Origin: Chiloscyllium plagiosum
Taxonomy: Eukaryota
Direction: 5' to 3'
Length of the DNA: 64,000 nt
Assembly (NCBI RefSeq): GCF_004010195.1
Contig: NC_057752.1
Location: forward strand, 10,790,865-10,854,864
In this document: piece after piece, positions 62,995-64,000 of the stretch
Layout of the letters: each line of letters opens with the position of its first letter
Position numbering within the stretch: the stretch's first letter is position 1
The notes under the pieces: generated by a model
Told to the model about the DNA's origin: nothing
The model's input: the letters and a program-made list of their open reading frames with translations, nothing else
Database searches by the model: none
Made by a program: the position numbers and the translations under genes

Positions 62995-64000
62995 GCTAGA
63001 AATCTTGCCGTGAATCCTTAGAAGAGTACAAAGGCAGTAAGAGTATACTTAAAAGGGAAATCAGGAGGGCAAAAGGGGACAGGAGATAGCTTTGGCAAAT
63101 AAAATTTAGGAGAATCCAAAGAGTTTTCACAAATACATTAAGGACAAAAGGGTAACTATGGAGAGAATCGGGCCCCTCAAAGATCAGCAAGGCTGCCTTT
63201 GTGTGGAGTGACAGAAAATGGTGGAGATACTAAACGAGTATTTTGCAGTATATTTACTGTGGAAAAGGACATGGAAGATATAGACGGTAGGGAAATAGAT
63301 GGTGACATCTTGCAAAATGTCCAGATTACAGAGGAGAAAGAGCTGGATGTCTTGAAACACATAAAAGGTGAATAAATCCCCAGGACCTGATCAGGTGTAC
63401 CCTAGAACTCTGTAGGAAGCTAGGGAAGTGATTGCTGGGCCTCTTGCTGAGATATTTGTATCATTGACAGTCACAGGTGAGGTGCCGGAAGACTAGAGGT
63501 TGGCTAATGTGGTGCCACTGTTCAAGAAGGGTGGCAAGGACAAGCCAGGGAACTATAGACCAGTGAGCCTGACCTTGGTGGTGGGCAAGTTGTTGGAGGG
63601 AATCCTGAGGGTCGGGATTAGATTAGATTAATTTACAGTGTGGAAACAGGCCCTTCGGCCCAGCAAGTCCACACCGACCCGCCGAAGCGCAACCCACCCA
63701 GACCCATTCCCCTACATTTACCCCTTCACCTAACACTATGGACCAATTTAGCATGGCCAATTCACCTAACCTGCACATTTTTGGACTGTGGGAAGAAACC
63801 GGAGCACAAACCGGAGCACCCGGAGGAAACCCACGCAGACACGGAGAGAATGTGCAAACTCCACTCAGACAGGCAGTCACCCGAGGGTGGAATTGAACCC
63901 AGGTCTCTGGTGCTGAGGCAGCAATGCTAACCACTGAGCCACCGTGCCGCCCATTACATGTATTTGGAAAGGCAAGGACTGATTAGGGATAGTCAACATA
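62995..64000 (+). mobile_element. HER1/CR1 LINE ORF2 fragment running off the window end
   Basis: Near-identical to 15966-16464 and 22300-22870. Confidence 0.93.
63617..63952 (-). mobile_element. HE1 V-SINE inserted in HER1 ORF2
   Basis: GATTAGATTAGATT tail to CCGTGCCGCCC head; internal duplication of AAACCGGAGCAC. Confidence 0.95.

Noticed and set aside
2851..63952. tRNA-like heads as tRNA genes
   Set aside because: They continue into SINE bodies and lack complete cloverleaves.
1..64000. CRISPR arrays, operons, rRNA or prokaryotic defence systems
   Set aside because: Vertebrate repeat landscape; no regularly spaced repeats or gene-dense regions.

Overview
This is eukaryotic, repeat-rich DNA from a cartilaginous fish. 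The inference of a shark, possibly a carpet or bamboo shark, rests on HE1 V-SINEs with (ATCTA)n-type tails, HER1/CR1 LINEs and DeuSINEs. Three N-gaps point to a draft assembly. No intact protein-coding gene is recognisable: most long ORFs come from decayed retrotransposons (CR1/HER1, an L2/CR1-group LINE, Rex/Babar, RTE and Penelope-like elements), and the rest look like chance ORFs. The window is probably intronic or intergenic; the best host-gene signal is a candidate 10-nt minus-strand micro-exon at 36302-36311 in a ~5 kb repeat-free zone. The most striking structure is a dense set of small Penelope-derived insertions from three distinct sequence families, plus a decayed fourth. They carry minimal hammerhead-ribozyme motifs (CUGANGA - stem II - GAA - palindromic ACGU/AGCU - H). 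Seven of them are bounded by 10-17 bp target-site duplications (TSDs), and five form hairpins in which one arm has an extra ~30-40 nt tail. Their breakpoints cluster at the ribozyme edge, and they nest inside LINEs, SINEs and each other. Penelope-associated short-stem-III hammerheads are a known class; their activity and architecture at this locus are untested. Coordinates of old repeats are approximate (about +/-30 bp).
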